64,000 nucleotides of DNA, from the IMG/VR virus record IMGVR_UViG_3300036773_000096, positions 56,180-120,179 of that record. One strand, given 5' to 3'. This stretch comes from a virus. Position numbers and translations under genes: made by a program. Below, in pieces: positions 36,451 through 46,397 of this stretch (position 1 is the stretch's first letter; each line of letters starts with the position of its first letter). Below the pieces are notes generated by a model, which had not been told where the DNA came from, searched no databases, and worked only from the letters and a program-made list of their open reading frames with translations.

Positions 36451-36974
36451 CGCATACCCCGCAGGATTTCCAGGGCGAGCAGGGCAACCCCGGCCAGCTC
36501 CAGACCACAAACTGCGGCCAGGGATGCGGGCACGGCGGGGACCGGGGTCACGATCAGATAGGCGAGGATGGCGGCACTGGCGGTCCCGCAGTAGGCCAGG
36601 AGGTCAACCCCAGCCTGAACGATCTTGCGGTAACGGCGGCGGGGACCGTTGCGGTGACTGGTTTCCCAATCGAGTAGTGGTGTGCTGGAGCCGGGCAAAC
36701 CCAGTGCGGGCGCGAGGTGTTCGCGGAAGTAGTGACCGATCTCGTCGACTTTGCGATCATTGGCGAGATGCGTCCAGCCGAGAATGAAGCACGCGACCGG
36801 AAGCAGTAATAGTGCCGGGTAGTGGGTAGTGGCTTGACCAAGAGCAAAGTACGCGACGGCCGCGAACACCGTGAGAGTGACGTACGGGAGGTTGTCGCGG
36901 GCTCGAATACGATCGCGTTGCTCATCTTTCAGAGCTTTGTATTCGGCGAGGTGAATATCGATGGTGCCGGTCAT
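36447..36974 (-). CDS. integral membrane protein
   Basis: EYKALKDEQRDRIRARDNL followed by 4 TMs; visibly more AT-rich than its flanks. Confidence 0.65.
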   Translation of the reverse strand: MTGTIDIHLAEYKALKDEQRDRIRARDNLPYVTLTVFAAVAYFALGQATTHYPALLLLPVACFILGWTHLANDRKVDEIGHYFREHLAPALGLPGSSTPLLDWETSHRNGPRRRYRKIVQAGVDLLAYCGTASAAILAYLIVTPVPAVPASLAAVCGLELAGVALLALEILRGMR

Positions 36975-37203
36975 CGGCGTGCCCTCTTTCGGCGAGTGGT
37001 GACGGTGAAGATGCGCTTGGACACCCTCCGGTAGCGCAGGAACGCCCACAGGCAGGCGATCAGGAACACCACGGAGGTGGTGGCGGCGGCCGACCCGAAC
37101 GCCCAGTCGGCGGCGACGACGAGCAGGGCGGGCCAGATCAGGACGTAAATGGTGAGCCAGACGCGCAGGATGCCGGTCAGGGGCACGCTGCCGGGCCGAC
37201 GGC

Positions 37204-37713
37204 TCACAGCGACTGTCCCCAAATGCCGCGCCACACGCGGTGGCAGATCTCATCGACGGCCCACCACAGGGAGGGGAACAGCACGAGGACCCAGAAGATG
37301 AACACTCCGAACGCGTAGAAGGCGCCCGGTGCGATGGCGTCGTCGAGGGTGTGGCCGTAGTTCTGGTGCAGCACGAGGATGAAGCCGAGCAGCAGGACGA
37401 AGTACACGCCGCACTGGAAGGCCAGCCAGGTCAGGGCGACCAGGGCCATGCCGTAGTCGTAGGCGCGCCACGAGGGGTTATCGGGGCCGTTGCACCACTC
37501 GTCGTCGCAGAGAGGGCAGTGGTAGTAGGCGTTGGCGGGCAGGTCGAGGTCGGCCAGCGCGGGCGAGCGGTGCTCGGGGCAACACAGGATGGGGGTGTCG
37601 GGGTTGCAGCTGGGGCAGGACTGGTAGGTGCCGACGGGGTCGGTGGTGGGGGGTAGGCCGTTGATGAGGCGGCAGTCGGGGCAGTAGTCGGTGGGGATGG
37701 CGGTAACGGCCAT
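37204..37713 (-). CDS. Zn-finger + membrane protein
   Basis: CPDC, CPSC, CPLC followed by two TMs; downstream of the promoter at 37740-37762. Confidence 0.6.
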   Translation of the reverse strand: MAVTAIPTDYCPDCRLINGLPPTTDPVGTYQSCPSCNPDTPILCCPEHRSPALADLDLPANAYYHCPLCDDEWCNGPDNPSWRAYDYGMALVALTWLAFQCGVYFVLLLGFILVLHQNYGHTLDDAIAPGAFYAFGVFIFWVLVLFPSLWWAVDEICHRVWRGIWGQSL

Positions 37714-37990
37714 GACGGGACTTCTCTCACTCAGGGGGACCGGAACGGGTCCAACCATACCAGGTAGCTAAGTGGTGGGCGCTACGGCCGTACGGGTGCC
37801 AGTTTGGACATGCTCCACCGCAACGGCAGATAGCTGACGAACAGGAATGTTGCTCCACCGCAGACGATGGTGATCCCGTAGAGGTAGTGCGTACCGAGGA
37901 TGACGAGCACGCCCCCGGCGATGACCAGTATCGAGAAGAGCGCGGCGCACAGCGCGGCGAAGCTCACGAGTAAGGCGAGCGGTCGCAGGA

Positions 37991-38533
37991 TCATGACGCC
38001 TTCCTTCCTGGGATCAGTTCGGCCAGGCGTTGCGCCATGGCGTCCTCCGTGGTGCAGGTGGGGTCGGCGAACGTCGGCGTCCACAGGGTGCGGGCCTCGT
38101 CACCGGGGTGCACTCCGGCGACCCACAGGTTGCGGCCCCGCTTGTTCCAGTGGTTCCACGCGGTGCCATAGGCGGCAAGGGGCCCGTGGGCGGCCCAGAC
38201 GTCGGAGTAGCACTGCCCGTTGTCCTCGAAAATGCCGCACACCGTCCAGGTGCCCAGTTCCCACACGTCTTCCTGCCCGTCATAGACCTCCATGTCGGCG
38301 TGAGTGATCAGGAGACTGCGTTCGATGTGGCCGGGGTGGATGGTGGAGACCAGCACATCGGTGTCGGTCTCCCCGTACTCCAGGCCCTCAAGGTCGACTT
38401 CCCGCTCTAGGAACTCTTTGGCCACCTTCGGGTCCGGGTCGACCAGTTCCGTCTGGGAGAACCGGGTCTGCCAACCGGAGGGCTCCACGCGGGGGCAGGC
38501 CAGCAGAGCGCAGATGCTGATTTCGAGGGCCAC
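37991..38533 (-). CDS. hypothetical protein
   Basis: 180-aa acidic ORF. Confidence 0.55.
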   Translation of the reverse strand: MALEISICALLACPRVEPSGWQTRFSQTELVDPDPKVAKEFLEREVDLEGLEYGETDTDVLVSTIHPGHIERSLLITHADMEVYDGQEDVWELGTWTVCGIFEDNGQCYSDVWAAHGPLAAYGTAWNHWNKRGRNLWVAGVHPGDEARTLWTPTFADPTCTTEDAMAQRLAELIPGRKAS

Positions 38534-38537
38534 GGCG

Positions 38538-39365
38538 TCACTTCCCGCTGCGGCTACTGCTGGAGCTGCTACCGCTACTGGAGCGGCTTGAGCTGCTAGA
38601 GCTGGACGAGCTGGAGCTACTGCGACTGCTGGAGCTACTGGAATTGCTGCCCTTGCTGTAGCTACTGCCGGGACTGGTGTTGCTGCCCCTGCTCGGGGAG
38701 GTGACTTTGGTGCTTCCCGTGCTCGGCGTGTTCGAGTTGCGGGCGTTGCCAGCGGGACCGGTCACGGGCACGTTGGAGCCCTTGAAGGCGGTCTTCGGGA
38801 CGGTCTTGCCGTTGTATGCCTTGCCGGAAGCGGAATGGTAGCCGCTGGTCTTCGGATCGGCGGCGGCTTTCTTTTCATCGGCCGCGTAGGTCTTGTTCAC
38901 GTGCACGATGGTCGTGTTATAGGTGCGGGCATCGACGCGGGTGATCGGCTGATGTCCCCATCCGTAGCCGGAGTAGCCGGGGTGACGGTTCCACGCCGGA
39001 CCGATGTACGTCGAGTAGTAGCTGGGGCCGTAGTAGAAGTCGGAGTGGCCCATGGCAGTGCTCCACAGGGCGCCCATGAGGAACCAGTCGGCGTCGGACA
39101 TGCCCTGTGAGCGGACGGGACGATTCTGAGGGATGGGCTCGTCGCACGCGCGGTAACCAGAGCCGTCGGCTTCGCCGGGCTGGTTGATCCACGGGGTGCA
39201 CAGGTCCCCGCTGGCGGTGCGGATGGGGTCGGGTCGGATGGTGGACTCGTCGGCGGCGGTGTTCACGGCGTTGTCGCTGCCGCACGCGGATAGAACGGGG
39301 ATGGCGAGCAGGCAGGCGATTAGCGCCAGCAGGAGCACTCGCACCCATCTAGGGACAGTTTTCAT
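38538..39365 (-). CDS. lipoprotein with a Ser-rich C-terminal tail
   Basis: MKTVPRWVRVLLLALIACLLAIPVLSAC lipobox; Tyr/Gly-rich middle; poly-Ser tail SSSSSSRSSSSSSSSSSSSRSSSGSSSSSSRSGK. Confidence 0.75.
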   Translation of the reverse strand: MKTVPRWVRVLLLALIACLLAIPVLSACGSDNAVNTAADESTIRPDPIRTASGDLCTPWINQPGEADGSGYRACDEPIPQNRPVRSQGMSDADWFLMGALWSTAMGHSDFYYGPSYYSTYIGPAWNRHPGYSGYGWGHQPITRVDARTYNTTIVHVNKTYAADEKKAAADPKTSGYHSASGKAYNGKTVPKTAFKGSNVPVTGPAGNARNSNTPSTGSTKVTSPSRGSNTSPGSSYSKGSNSSSSSSRSSSSSSSSSSSSRSSSGSSSSSSRSGK

Positions 39366-39399
39366 GATCGCTTCTCTCGAGAGTGGACGGAACGCGGGG

Positions 39400-39750
39400 T
39401 CACCAGTCGAAGCAGACGCACACACCGGTCCAGTGTCCGGCCGGGGTGCGGGTCATGTAGTGGCAGTTCTCGTTCGTGTGCGCCTCGATCGCGGCACTGC
39501 GCTGCCGGTCCCACTCAGCCTGCCGGTCGGCCTGGGACAGCCGCTTGGGGGCGCCGTTGGCCAACTCGACGCACCGGGGGCAGCCCTCGACGCGGCGAGC
39601 CCACGGGGTGGGCGCGTGGTTGTGCGGGGTCTCACCCAGGGCCAGCTTCTCGATGCGGAGCTGATCGCAGCGCGGACATTGGCCTTCGTCGACGTAAGCG
39701 CCGAAGGGGAGCAGTTCGTGGTTGTGCTTGAGTTTCGTGACTTTGACCAT
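39400..39750 (-). CDS. Cys-rich hypothetical protein
   Basis: CPRC twice and C-terminal CVC; has its own promoter at 39773-39795. Confidence 0.6.
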   Translation of the reverse strand: MVKVTKLKHNHELLPFGAYVDEGQCPRCDQLRIEKLALGETPHNHAPTPWARRVEGCPRCVELANGAPKRLSQADRQAEWDRQRSAAIEAHTNENCHYMTRTPAGHWTGVCVCFDW

Positions 39751-39797
39751 CGGGGTCTTCTCTCACTCGGGACCGGAACAATGCCGACCGTACCATG

Positions 39798-40196
39798 CTA
39801 CGAGTGGACGTGGAAGCGTCCGCGTTGCAGCTCCGTCGTACACACCACGTCAATCCCCGTGATGCGGCCAGTCAACGCGATGGCCATGACGTCGAGCACG
39901 TTGTCGTAAGCCACCTCGTCAGTGATCCACAAAAGCAGGCGCGGCGCCCGACGCGACGCGACCCACTCAGCGACGCCGGCATCCCGCAGGTGCTTCTCCC
40001 GCCACCGGATAGCGTCGATGGTGTGCTTCAGCATGGTGGGCGCTTCAGCGGTGGCGGCGTGCCAGTTGACGCGTTCGATGCCGACCGGGCACGCGACGGG
40101 GTCACCCAGGAACCACAGCAGGACTAGCCCGTCGTCGATCTGGGCGGCCAGTTCAGGTGTGATCTCCCGCAGGACGGGGACGAGGTCGGCGGTCAC
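39798..40196 (-). CDS. partial FtsK/TraB-like ATPase fragment (no Walker A)
   Basis: ML...IRWREKHL..AG...W...RRAPRLLLWITDE...LTGRITGIDVVCTT parallels the Walker B half of TraB. Confidence 0.45.
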   Translation of the reverse strand: MTADLVPVLREITPELAAQIDDGLVLLWFLGDPVACPVGIERVNWHAATAEAPTMLKHTIDAIRWREKHLRDAGVAEWVASRRAPRLLLWITDEVAYDNVLDVMAIALTGRITGIDVVCTTELQRGRFHVHS

Positions 40197-40510
40197 GACT
40201 GGTCACCCTCAGGGGGGCCGGTGACCACGGTGACACTGTGCGCGCCGGGCGGGATGTGCCACTGTCCCGCGTCGGGCGCGGTCTCGGTGACGCTGGCGAA
40301 GATCTCGTAGTAGCCGCCCCGGGTGCCGATGACGAAGCTGCCGGCCTCGAAGGTGTTGTAAGCGGTGTGGTTGTCGATGAAGCGCGCGCCGTCGCGGTTC
40401 AGTAGGCGCACGAGCAGGCTCAGGTCGGTGATGGGCCAGTCGCAGAAGTAGCTGGACGTGCCCAGGCGACGGTTGATGTGGACGGGGATGGTGCCGGGTT
40501 TGGTTATCAT
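40193..40510 (-). CDS. hypothetical protein
   Basis: AAGGA RBS before MITKPG. Confidence 0.5.
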   Translation of the reverse strand: MITKPGTIPVHINRRLGTSSYFCDWPITDLSLLVRLLNRDGARFIDNHTAYNTFEAGSFVIGTRGGYYEIFASVTETAPDAGQWHIPPGAHSVTVVTGPPEGDQS

Positions 40511-40574
40511 TGCGGGGTCCTTTCCGCAGGGAGGGGTCTGCCCGGCCCGCACGGGAGTCGGGCCGGGCAGGGGG

Positions 40575-40787
40575 TCAGCCGACGGGTGCGCGGTCTTCGA
40601 TGGCGATCAGTGTTTGGGTCATGCCACCGATGAACCGCAGGGCCAGCTCGTCGTCGAGGCGACCTTGGGCCAGTGCGGTGGCGTAGAGGCCATTCCAGCT
40701 GTCGCCCTCGTGGGTGTCTAAGACGTAGAGGTCGTTCAGTCGGCGGCCGATGACGGCGATGTTGTGGGGGATGGCGGTATTCGCCAT
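40575..40787 (-). CDS. hypothetical protein
   Basis: GAGGAG RBS; promoter at 40811-40833. Confidence 0.6.
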   Translation of the reverse strand: MANTAIPHNIAVIGRRLNDLYVLDTHEGDSWNGLYATALAQGRLDDELALRFIGGMTQTLIAIEDRAPVG

Positions 40788-40837
40788 GGTGTCTCCTCAG
40801 TAGAGCGGTACCGGAACAATACCGACCCTACCAGTTT

Positions 40838-42196
40838 TCACCAGCTACGCAACTCGCGACACACCCTGAGAAACTCCACCTGCCCCAGCGGCGTCAACCC
40901 CACCCGCACCGGCACATTCCGGACGAACGCCCGCCACGACGGCTGATCCTCCCGAACCAGACCCCGGCGGATCGCCTCGCGCATCAACGGCATCCGCAGC
41001 GCCAACTCCATGGGCGGGTTACGCGATGCCATCTCCAGGGTGTTGCGCAGCTCGTAACGTTCCCTTTGCTCGGTTGCCGGGTCCGTCGGGCGCGGACCCC
41101 ACGGCTGGTCGTAGAACTCTCGGAACGCCGCACGGGCCTGCTCAGCGGTGATCGCGCCCGCGTCGATCGCCTGCTGCTCAGCGACCGACACGCTCGGCCC
41201 AGGCTCCGGCGGGTCAGACGCCCACACGAACCCCTGGGACTCCCACCGTTCCGAGAATGTCCCCCGCGACGCCGCCCACGCAGTCCGGTCAGGGCTTACC
41301 CCAATGAACGTCGGATCAGTGTCGGGGCGCGAATCCTGCACGGCAGCCCAGTCCAAAGCTTCCTGGGTGAGCGTGGGGGCAGTGATGAACTCCACGGGCA
41401 CCTCGAAGGCTCCGGCGAGCAGTTCGGCCGTCTGTTGACGACGACGCGCCAGCTCGGCCGCCGTGTTCTCTGGATCAGTGACGGCCTGCTCACTGGCAAT
41501 CGCCTGCCGGCAGTCCGGGCACGGGTTCTCGTCAGAACAGGTGCCGCCGGCCGCGCGAGCGTAGGTGACCCCGCCCGAGAGATACCCGCTCACCGCGTCG
41601 GCGACGGGTGACCGTCCCCGATTCATCATCGCCATGGCCCGCAGGTACACCCCGAATTGCCCCTGCGTGACGCGGAACGCGTCATTGACCTGGCCACGAG
41701 ACTGCGGCGGCTGGTACTCCCACGAGTGGCCACAAGCGGTGCACCGGTACACCTGCCCCGGCATGCCCGACTCCTCCGGCTCGCCGGCCGCATCGCAGCA
41801 CGGGGGGCAGCGCAGGTCGGGGCGGACTGTCTCACCGGGGCGGGCCTGGCGGACCATGCTGGGGGCCATGTCGCTGTTGCCGAGCCCGATGTTGGGGTCC
41901 CGGTAGTAGCCGACTGATGATGCCCGCCTCAGGCCCGCTTCCTCCGGTGCGGACAGTCGCGTTGAAGGGGCGAGGATTTCCCGCGCGCCCGCCGCGTCGT
42001 GCGACGAGAACGCCGGGGGCAAGGTTTGGGCCAGTGTCCAGGCCGCTGCCCACCCGTCTTCCCCCGTGGTAGCGGCCATGCGTTGCGCGGCGGCCATCGC
42101 GGTGGGGTCGGTGAGGTAGGTGGCGTGGAAGTCGCGGCGCGACGGCGCAGTGGCGACCTCGTCGATCCACGCCTTGTCGATCAGTGGCCCGGTCAC
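40838..42196 (-). CDS. hypothetical mosaic protein with two Cys clusters
   Basis: 452 aa; CPPCC...CTACG and CSDENPCPDC; GTGA overlap. Confidence 0.6.
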   Translation of the reverse strand: MTGPLIDKAWIDEVATAPSRRDFHATYLTDPTAMAAAQRMAATTGEDGWAAAWTLAQTLPPAFSSHDAAGAREILAPSTRLSAPEEAGLRRASSVGYYRDPNIGLGNSDMAPSMVRQARPGETVRPDLRCPPCCDAAGEPEESGMPGQVYRCTACGHSWEYQPPQSRGQVNDAFRVTQGQFGVYLRAMAMMNRGRSPVADAVSGYLSGGVTYARAAGGTCSDENPCPDCRQAIASEQAVTDPENTAAELARRRQQTAELLAGAFEVPVEFITAPTLTQEALDWAAVQDSRPDTDPTFIGVSPDRTAWAASRGTFSERWESQGFVWASDPPEPGPSVSVAEQQAIDAGAITAEQARAAFREFYDQPWGPRPTDPATEQRERYELRNTLEMASRNPPMELALRMPLMREAIRRGLVREDQPSWRAFVRNVPVRVGLTPLGQVEFLRVCRELRSW

Positions 42197-42666
42197 CCGT
42201 CACTCCCTTGACATTCCCCGCCGCACCCCGGACGGGGACAGCCCGGTGCGTGCTCCTCGGCGGCGCGCATGCAGCTCCAGCAGGTTCCTCCGCAGTCCGT
42301 GGAATCCCGATCATCGGGGGTGTTCAGGGCCCGGCGGCAAATGTCGCACGCCGGGCACACGTCGGCGGCGACCGCGAAAGCCCACGATCCGTCCGGTGGT
42401 TCGGCCAGCGCCACCGTGGCGATCAGTTCATCAACGGTCGCGTCGCTGGCGAGCGTGCCTTCCAGAGTGTGCCGAACGTGCGGAGGGCCGGAGACGACGA
42501 ACAGCCCGTAGCGGAGCGGTCCGATGCACCATTCTCCGAGCGCGGCACCGGGGAAGCGTCCGGCGATGTCCTCCAGTCGAGCGTGCAGGGTCACGCGCAT
42601 CGCCCGGTCAGCGACCACGGTCAGGGGGGCGACGCAGGACACCACAGGACGCGGTTGTTCGGTCAT
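42193..42666 (-). CDS. hypothetical protein with a Cys-rich C-terminus
   Basis: CPACDIC...CGGTCWSC...CPRPGCGGEC. Confidence 0.55.
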   Translation of the reverse strand: MTEQPRPVVSCVAPLTVVADRAMRVTLHARLEDIAGRFPGAALGEWCIGPLRYGLFVVSGPPHVRHTLEGTLASDATVDELIATVALAEPPDGSWAFAVAADVCPACDICRRALNTPDDRDSTDCGGTCWSCMRAAEEHAPGCPRPGCGGECQGSDG

Positions 42667-43025
42667 TGCGCCTTGACCCGTCCTTTCAGTTCGGTCTTGC
42701 ACAGCCGGTCGAGGCGCCGCGCGGCAGCGGCCAGTCCTTCGATCTGGGTGCCACTGAGTCGGTGGAGGTAATCCTTCGCGTCGTCGAGGTCATCAGCGCG
42801 CATCACCTCGGGGAGCAGGTGCAGCGCGTTTTCCGCGTCGGGGACGTCGACTTCGATGTCATCGTTGATGCGGTCGATCGCCTCGGTCAGTTCAGAGTCG
42901 GGTACGAGTGTGTTGCACACCCAATCCAGGGCGGTGAACGCGGTGCGGTCGCACTCACCGCCGTCGCGCAGGATCATGCGCTCCAGTTCGTCGTGCATGG
43001 CCCGGATCTGCGGTTCAGACCTCAT
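42663..43025 (-). CDS. hypothetical protein
   Basis: Start trimmed to ATG 43025, which overlaps the upstream gene end. Confidence 0.55.
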   Translation of the reverse strand: MRSEPQIRAMHDELERMILRDGGECDRTAFTALDWVCNTLVPDSELTEAIDRINDDIEVDVPDAENALHLLPEVMRADDLDDAKDYLHRLSGTQIEGLAAAARRLDRLCKTELKGRVKAQ

Positions 43026-44181
43026 CGCGGTACCCGCGCAGCTCGCGCCATCCAGTGAAATCTTCATGTGAGAGCGGCCCATCGTCGGCGGTGTACCAGC
43101 CGTACCCGGTCGTAGTGCCGGCGTGAACCCAGTGCGCGCGCTCCGGCTCGTCGAGGGGACCAGCGTTAGCCCACCGCACCATGATCTCGGTGCCATCAGT
43201 GGGTGCCTCGTTCATCGGCCGCCACGTCGCGTGCTCCCCGTCCGGATCGAACGGTTCGACGGGCGTGGGTAGTTCGTCGTCGCGCAGCTCGCGCCACCCG
43301 TCGAAACCGACCTCGGCGCTCTCGTCGTCGAGCGGCCCATCACGGTCCATGAGATACCAACCTCCGGAGCGCGCCCAATAGATGCGCTCCGGCTCGTCGA
43401 GGGGTCTGGCGTTTTCCCAGCGAGCGGCGATCACAGTGCCGTCGTGCGGGGCCTCTTCCATCGGCCGCCACGTCAGCGGGGACTCCGCTACCGGTGTCGT
43501 CCAGTACGCCAGTGCCTGTACGAGCGGCTGATCTTCGATCCATTCAGCGGCTGAGGTTTCCCACTGCTGGTCACACGCGGCCTCGAACGCATCGCAGGCA
43601 GCGTCCCCGGACGGCTGGGGCCCAGAAGTCATGGCCCAGTCGGCGCGCATCTTGTAGCGGGGCGCGTTGCGGCGCAGGAAGGCGAGCAGGGCCAGTCGGT
43701 GATCGTGGGTCATGTCCTCTAGGCGGATCGCCTCGGTGGAGGTGAACTTGTCCACGGGGTCGCGTTCGGTGCGCATGCGCCACCAGATGCCCTGATTGAG
43801 CAACTGAGTAGCGCCGACGCGCTCCGGCGGGGGCGGGCACTCGCCGTCGTCGTAGCCGAGATCCTGCGGGTCGTAGGAGAACTGGTGAGCCCGCCACGCC
43901 CAGGACCGCGCGGCTTCCCAGGCTGTCCGTTCGGCGGTCTCCTCGTCGGATTCGGGTACGAACGGACCGGTGAGAACGAGCCGGTGGCCGTAGCTGTCGT
44001 CCTCCAGTGGGTGCTGGTCGGTGTTGGGGTAGTCCTTGCGGGTCACCGACCAATCGGCGGTGGCAGCGTCAAGAGCAGCGCGTAAGTCCGCATCGCGCGG
44101 GGCGCATTCGGCATCGACGAGTTGTACCGCCAGTGCGGCGGTCAGGGTGTCGAGTAGTTCGTCGCGGGACTCGTTTTTCAT
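43015..44181 (-). CDS. hypothetical protein with a duplicated C-terminal WRPMxEAPxDGT domain
   Basis: Two copies of TWRPM.EAP.DGT.I..RW.NA.PLDEPER..W...GW......DGPL......F.GWREL. Confidence 0.65.
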   Translation of the reverse strand: MKNESRDELLDTLTAALAVQLVDAECAPRDADLRAALDAATADWSVTRKDYPNTDQHPLEDDSYGHRLVLTGPFVPESDEETAERTAWEAARSWAWRAHQFSYDPQDLGYDDGECPPPPERVGATQLLNQGIWWRMRTERDPVDKFTSTEAIRLEDMTHDHRLALLAFLRRNAPRYKMRADWAMTSGPQPSGDAACDAFEAACDQQWETSAAEWIEDQPLVQALAYWTTPVAESPLTWRPMEEAPHDGTVIAARWENARPLDEPERIYWARSGGWYLMDRDGPLDDESAEVGFDGWRELRDDELPTPVEPFDPDGEHATWRPMNEAPTDGTEIMVRWANAGPLDEPERAHWVHAGTTTGYGWYTADDGPLSHEDFTGWRELRGYRDEV

Positions 44182-44371
44182 GACGTGGCCTTCCTGGCAT
44201 GCAGTGCGGCGGTGATGGCGGCGTGCATCCGGCTGTAGCTGCCCCCGCCTGCGGCCTTTTTTTCGGCGCTGGCTTTGGTTGCGGCCACGACCATGGCTTC
44301 GGTGACTTCAGGGTCTGCGGCAGAGGGCCACGACTGACCGCACGTGGGGCAGGATCCGTAAACGGTGCGAT

Positions 44372-44923
44372 TCATGATTCGGCCCTCTGGGCGCGCAGCG
44401 CGGCGGCGAGAGCGGCGCGCATCAGGTGCCCAGGGGATTGCCGCTGGATTTCGAGTTCATTGACAATCCAGGGGGGCAACTCCGCGTTGGCGGCGTCAAT
44501 CATGGCCTTAGTGACCTCAGGCTCCAGCTCGCCCGACGGAAAAAAGTGCCCGTCGTAGGTGTAGCGCCCGACGCGACGCAGCGCCCGGCGGGCGAGGGTA
44601 AGGACGTCGTCGGTGGATGGGTCGGCGATCTCGACGACGGGACTGCGACCGGCCAGGCGCATGGCGAGCACGGTGCCGGCGGGCCAGTCACGGTCGGCTG
44701 CGAGACCGTCAACGGTGGGGCCGACGGCGAGGTGCAGTGCCCGCGCGGTGCAGTGGCTGAGGTTCAGGATGGTCAGTCGTTCCGCCGCTGCCGTCGCGCT
44801 GGTCGCCCAGACGAACAGACGGCCCTGGCGGATGTGACTGTGTTCGTCCAGGGCGGCGATGACGTCGGCCGGCAGGAACGTGTCACTGGAGTTGCGGTAG
44901 GTGTAGACCTTCAGGCGGCTCAT
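44372..44923 (-). CDS. hypothetical protein
   Basis: ATG 44923 overlaps the TGA of a small upstream membrane ORF (44920..45060); C-terminal EPEVTKAMIDAA motif also occurs in 44178..44375. Confidence 0.55.
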   Translation of the reverse strand: MSRLKVYTYRNSSDTFLPADVIAALDEHSHIRQGRLFVWATSATAAAERLTILNLSHCTARALHLAVGPTVDGLAADRDWPAGTVLAMRLAGRSPVVEIADPSTDDVLTLARRALRRVGRYTYDGHFFPSGELEPEVTKAMIDAANAELPPWIVNELEIQRQSPGHLMRAALAAALRAQRAES

Positions 44924-45056
44924 TTGATCGGTTCCATTCTCGCGAATAGTCGGCATGCGATAACAGCGATCAGCACCGTCACCACCCACGCCCCCCAGAG
45001 GAGGGCGAGGAGGGCGACGGGCATGGCCAGGGCGAGCAGGGCCACGGCGAACCAGT

Positions 45057-45341
45057 TCACCGAATGACCTCAACGCCGGCCTGGCGGGCGAGTCCGGCGA
45101 GCATCGTTTCGGCAACCGAGACGATGACGTCGAACGCCCCGGCGAGCAGGGTGTAGCCGACTTGGCCGTCGCCGTCTTCGGTTCGGATCAGCCACCCGAA
45201 ACCGTCTCGGGAGACCAGCACACGGCCCCGGTAGCCGTCGACGTAGAGGCGCAGGATGCCGTCGGCGGCGTGGCTGTCGAAGTACATCTGGCCGGGTTGC
45301 ACCAGCCACAGGGCGTCGTCGGTGCGCAGGGTGGTGCTCAT
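45057..45341 (-). CDS. hypothetical protein
   Basis: 94 aa, coupled overlaps. Confidence 0.5.
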   Translation of the reverse strand: MSTTLRTDDALWLVQPGQMYFDSHAADGILRLYVDGYRGRVLVSRDGFGWLIRTEDGDGQVGYTLLAGAFDVIVSVAETMLAGLARQAGVEVIR

Positions 45342-46162
45342 GCCCGCTTCGCCCGGCCGATCTTCCACTGGAGGTAGTGGACCCGGTCGAGGGTCGCTTG
45401 TGCGCGCTCGTCGTTGCCCGCGTTGACCTGGACTTTCCAGAGGGTGCTCAGTGCGCGCACCTCAGTCTCGGGGGACATCTCGGGCTGATTGCTCATGACC
45501 GGTACTCCCCGGCTTCGTAGGCGGCCTGGTCGGCGGTTTGGTTCACGATGCGCCTGAGGTCTTCGGACATGCGCGGGTCTTTGGCGACCTCGGCCGCGTG
45601 AGCGCGCAGAGTGTCGGCGGATGCGGCGTCGGGGGACTGGCGGCCGAGCATCACGACCTCCCCCGTCCACTGCGGTAGCGGCGGACGGCCCGGCGAAGAC
45701 CTTGCAGTGAGATGAGGAACGCGATCGACACCACCATCGCGATGAAGATGTGATGGGTGGCGACGGAGAGCACCACGAGGATCGCCGCCTCCGCAACAAC
45801 GATTGCGGTGAGCGCGATGCTGCCGAGCGAAGGAGGGGGCGCGTTCCGCCATTCCCGCAGTAACCTGCCCATGGCTCAGAACCCCCACTCGGCCAGTGAG
45901 GCGGCAATGTTGGCGGCCTTGACGGTGCCGCGACCGCGCCGGGTGATGCCGTGGGCACCAGCGGCGTTGCTGCGACGGCGCATCTGGACTTCGACGACGT
46001 GGGAGTGGGTCGCGGACTGGCGGAATGAGGCGTTGCGAACTGGGGCGGACATGACGGATGTACTCCTAGAATCGGATCGGGTTACCGGAACAAGACCGAC
46101 CCTACCAGATGTACCGCGCGGTGCACAAGCCGGCGCCCCAAACCGCCCGCTAGGGTGACCCG

Positions 46163-46378
46163 ATGGCCGATGAGTGGAACTTCGAGGTGATCGTGGACCC
46201 GCAGTGCCCCCCTGACGTGGCCTACATCGTGCCCAGGGGAACGGCGGTGCCCACGCAGACCTACGGATGCGGGTGCCCGATCGCTCCACCGGGCTACCAG
46301 CCGCGCGCCACGATCACGATCAGCGTGCCCACTGACGAAACCGGACCCACCCGAAACGATCTCGGATGGGTCCGGTGA
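46163..46378 (+). CDS. isolated rightward hypothetical protein
   Basis: 71-aa ORF divergent from the promoter at 46085-46107. Confidence 0.45.
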   Translation: MADEWNFEVIVDPQCPPDVAYIVPRGTAVPTQTYGCGCPIAPPGYQPRATITISVPTDETGPTRNDLGWVR

Positions 46379-46397
46379 GGCACCGCAGGTCGATGGC

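Noticed and set aside
40811-40836. Reading the repeated motif on the + strand as a SigH/SigR promoter (GGAAC-N16-GTT)
   Set aside because: It would point away from the adjacent genes, GTT is not conserved across copies, and the opposite reading gives a consistent TAnnnT -10 that flips with gene orientation at 61795
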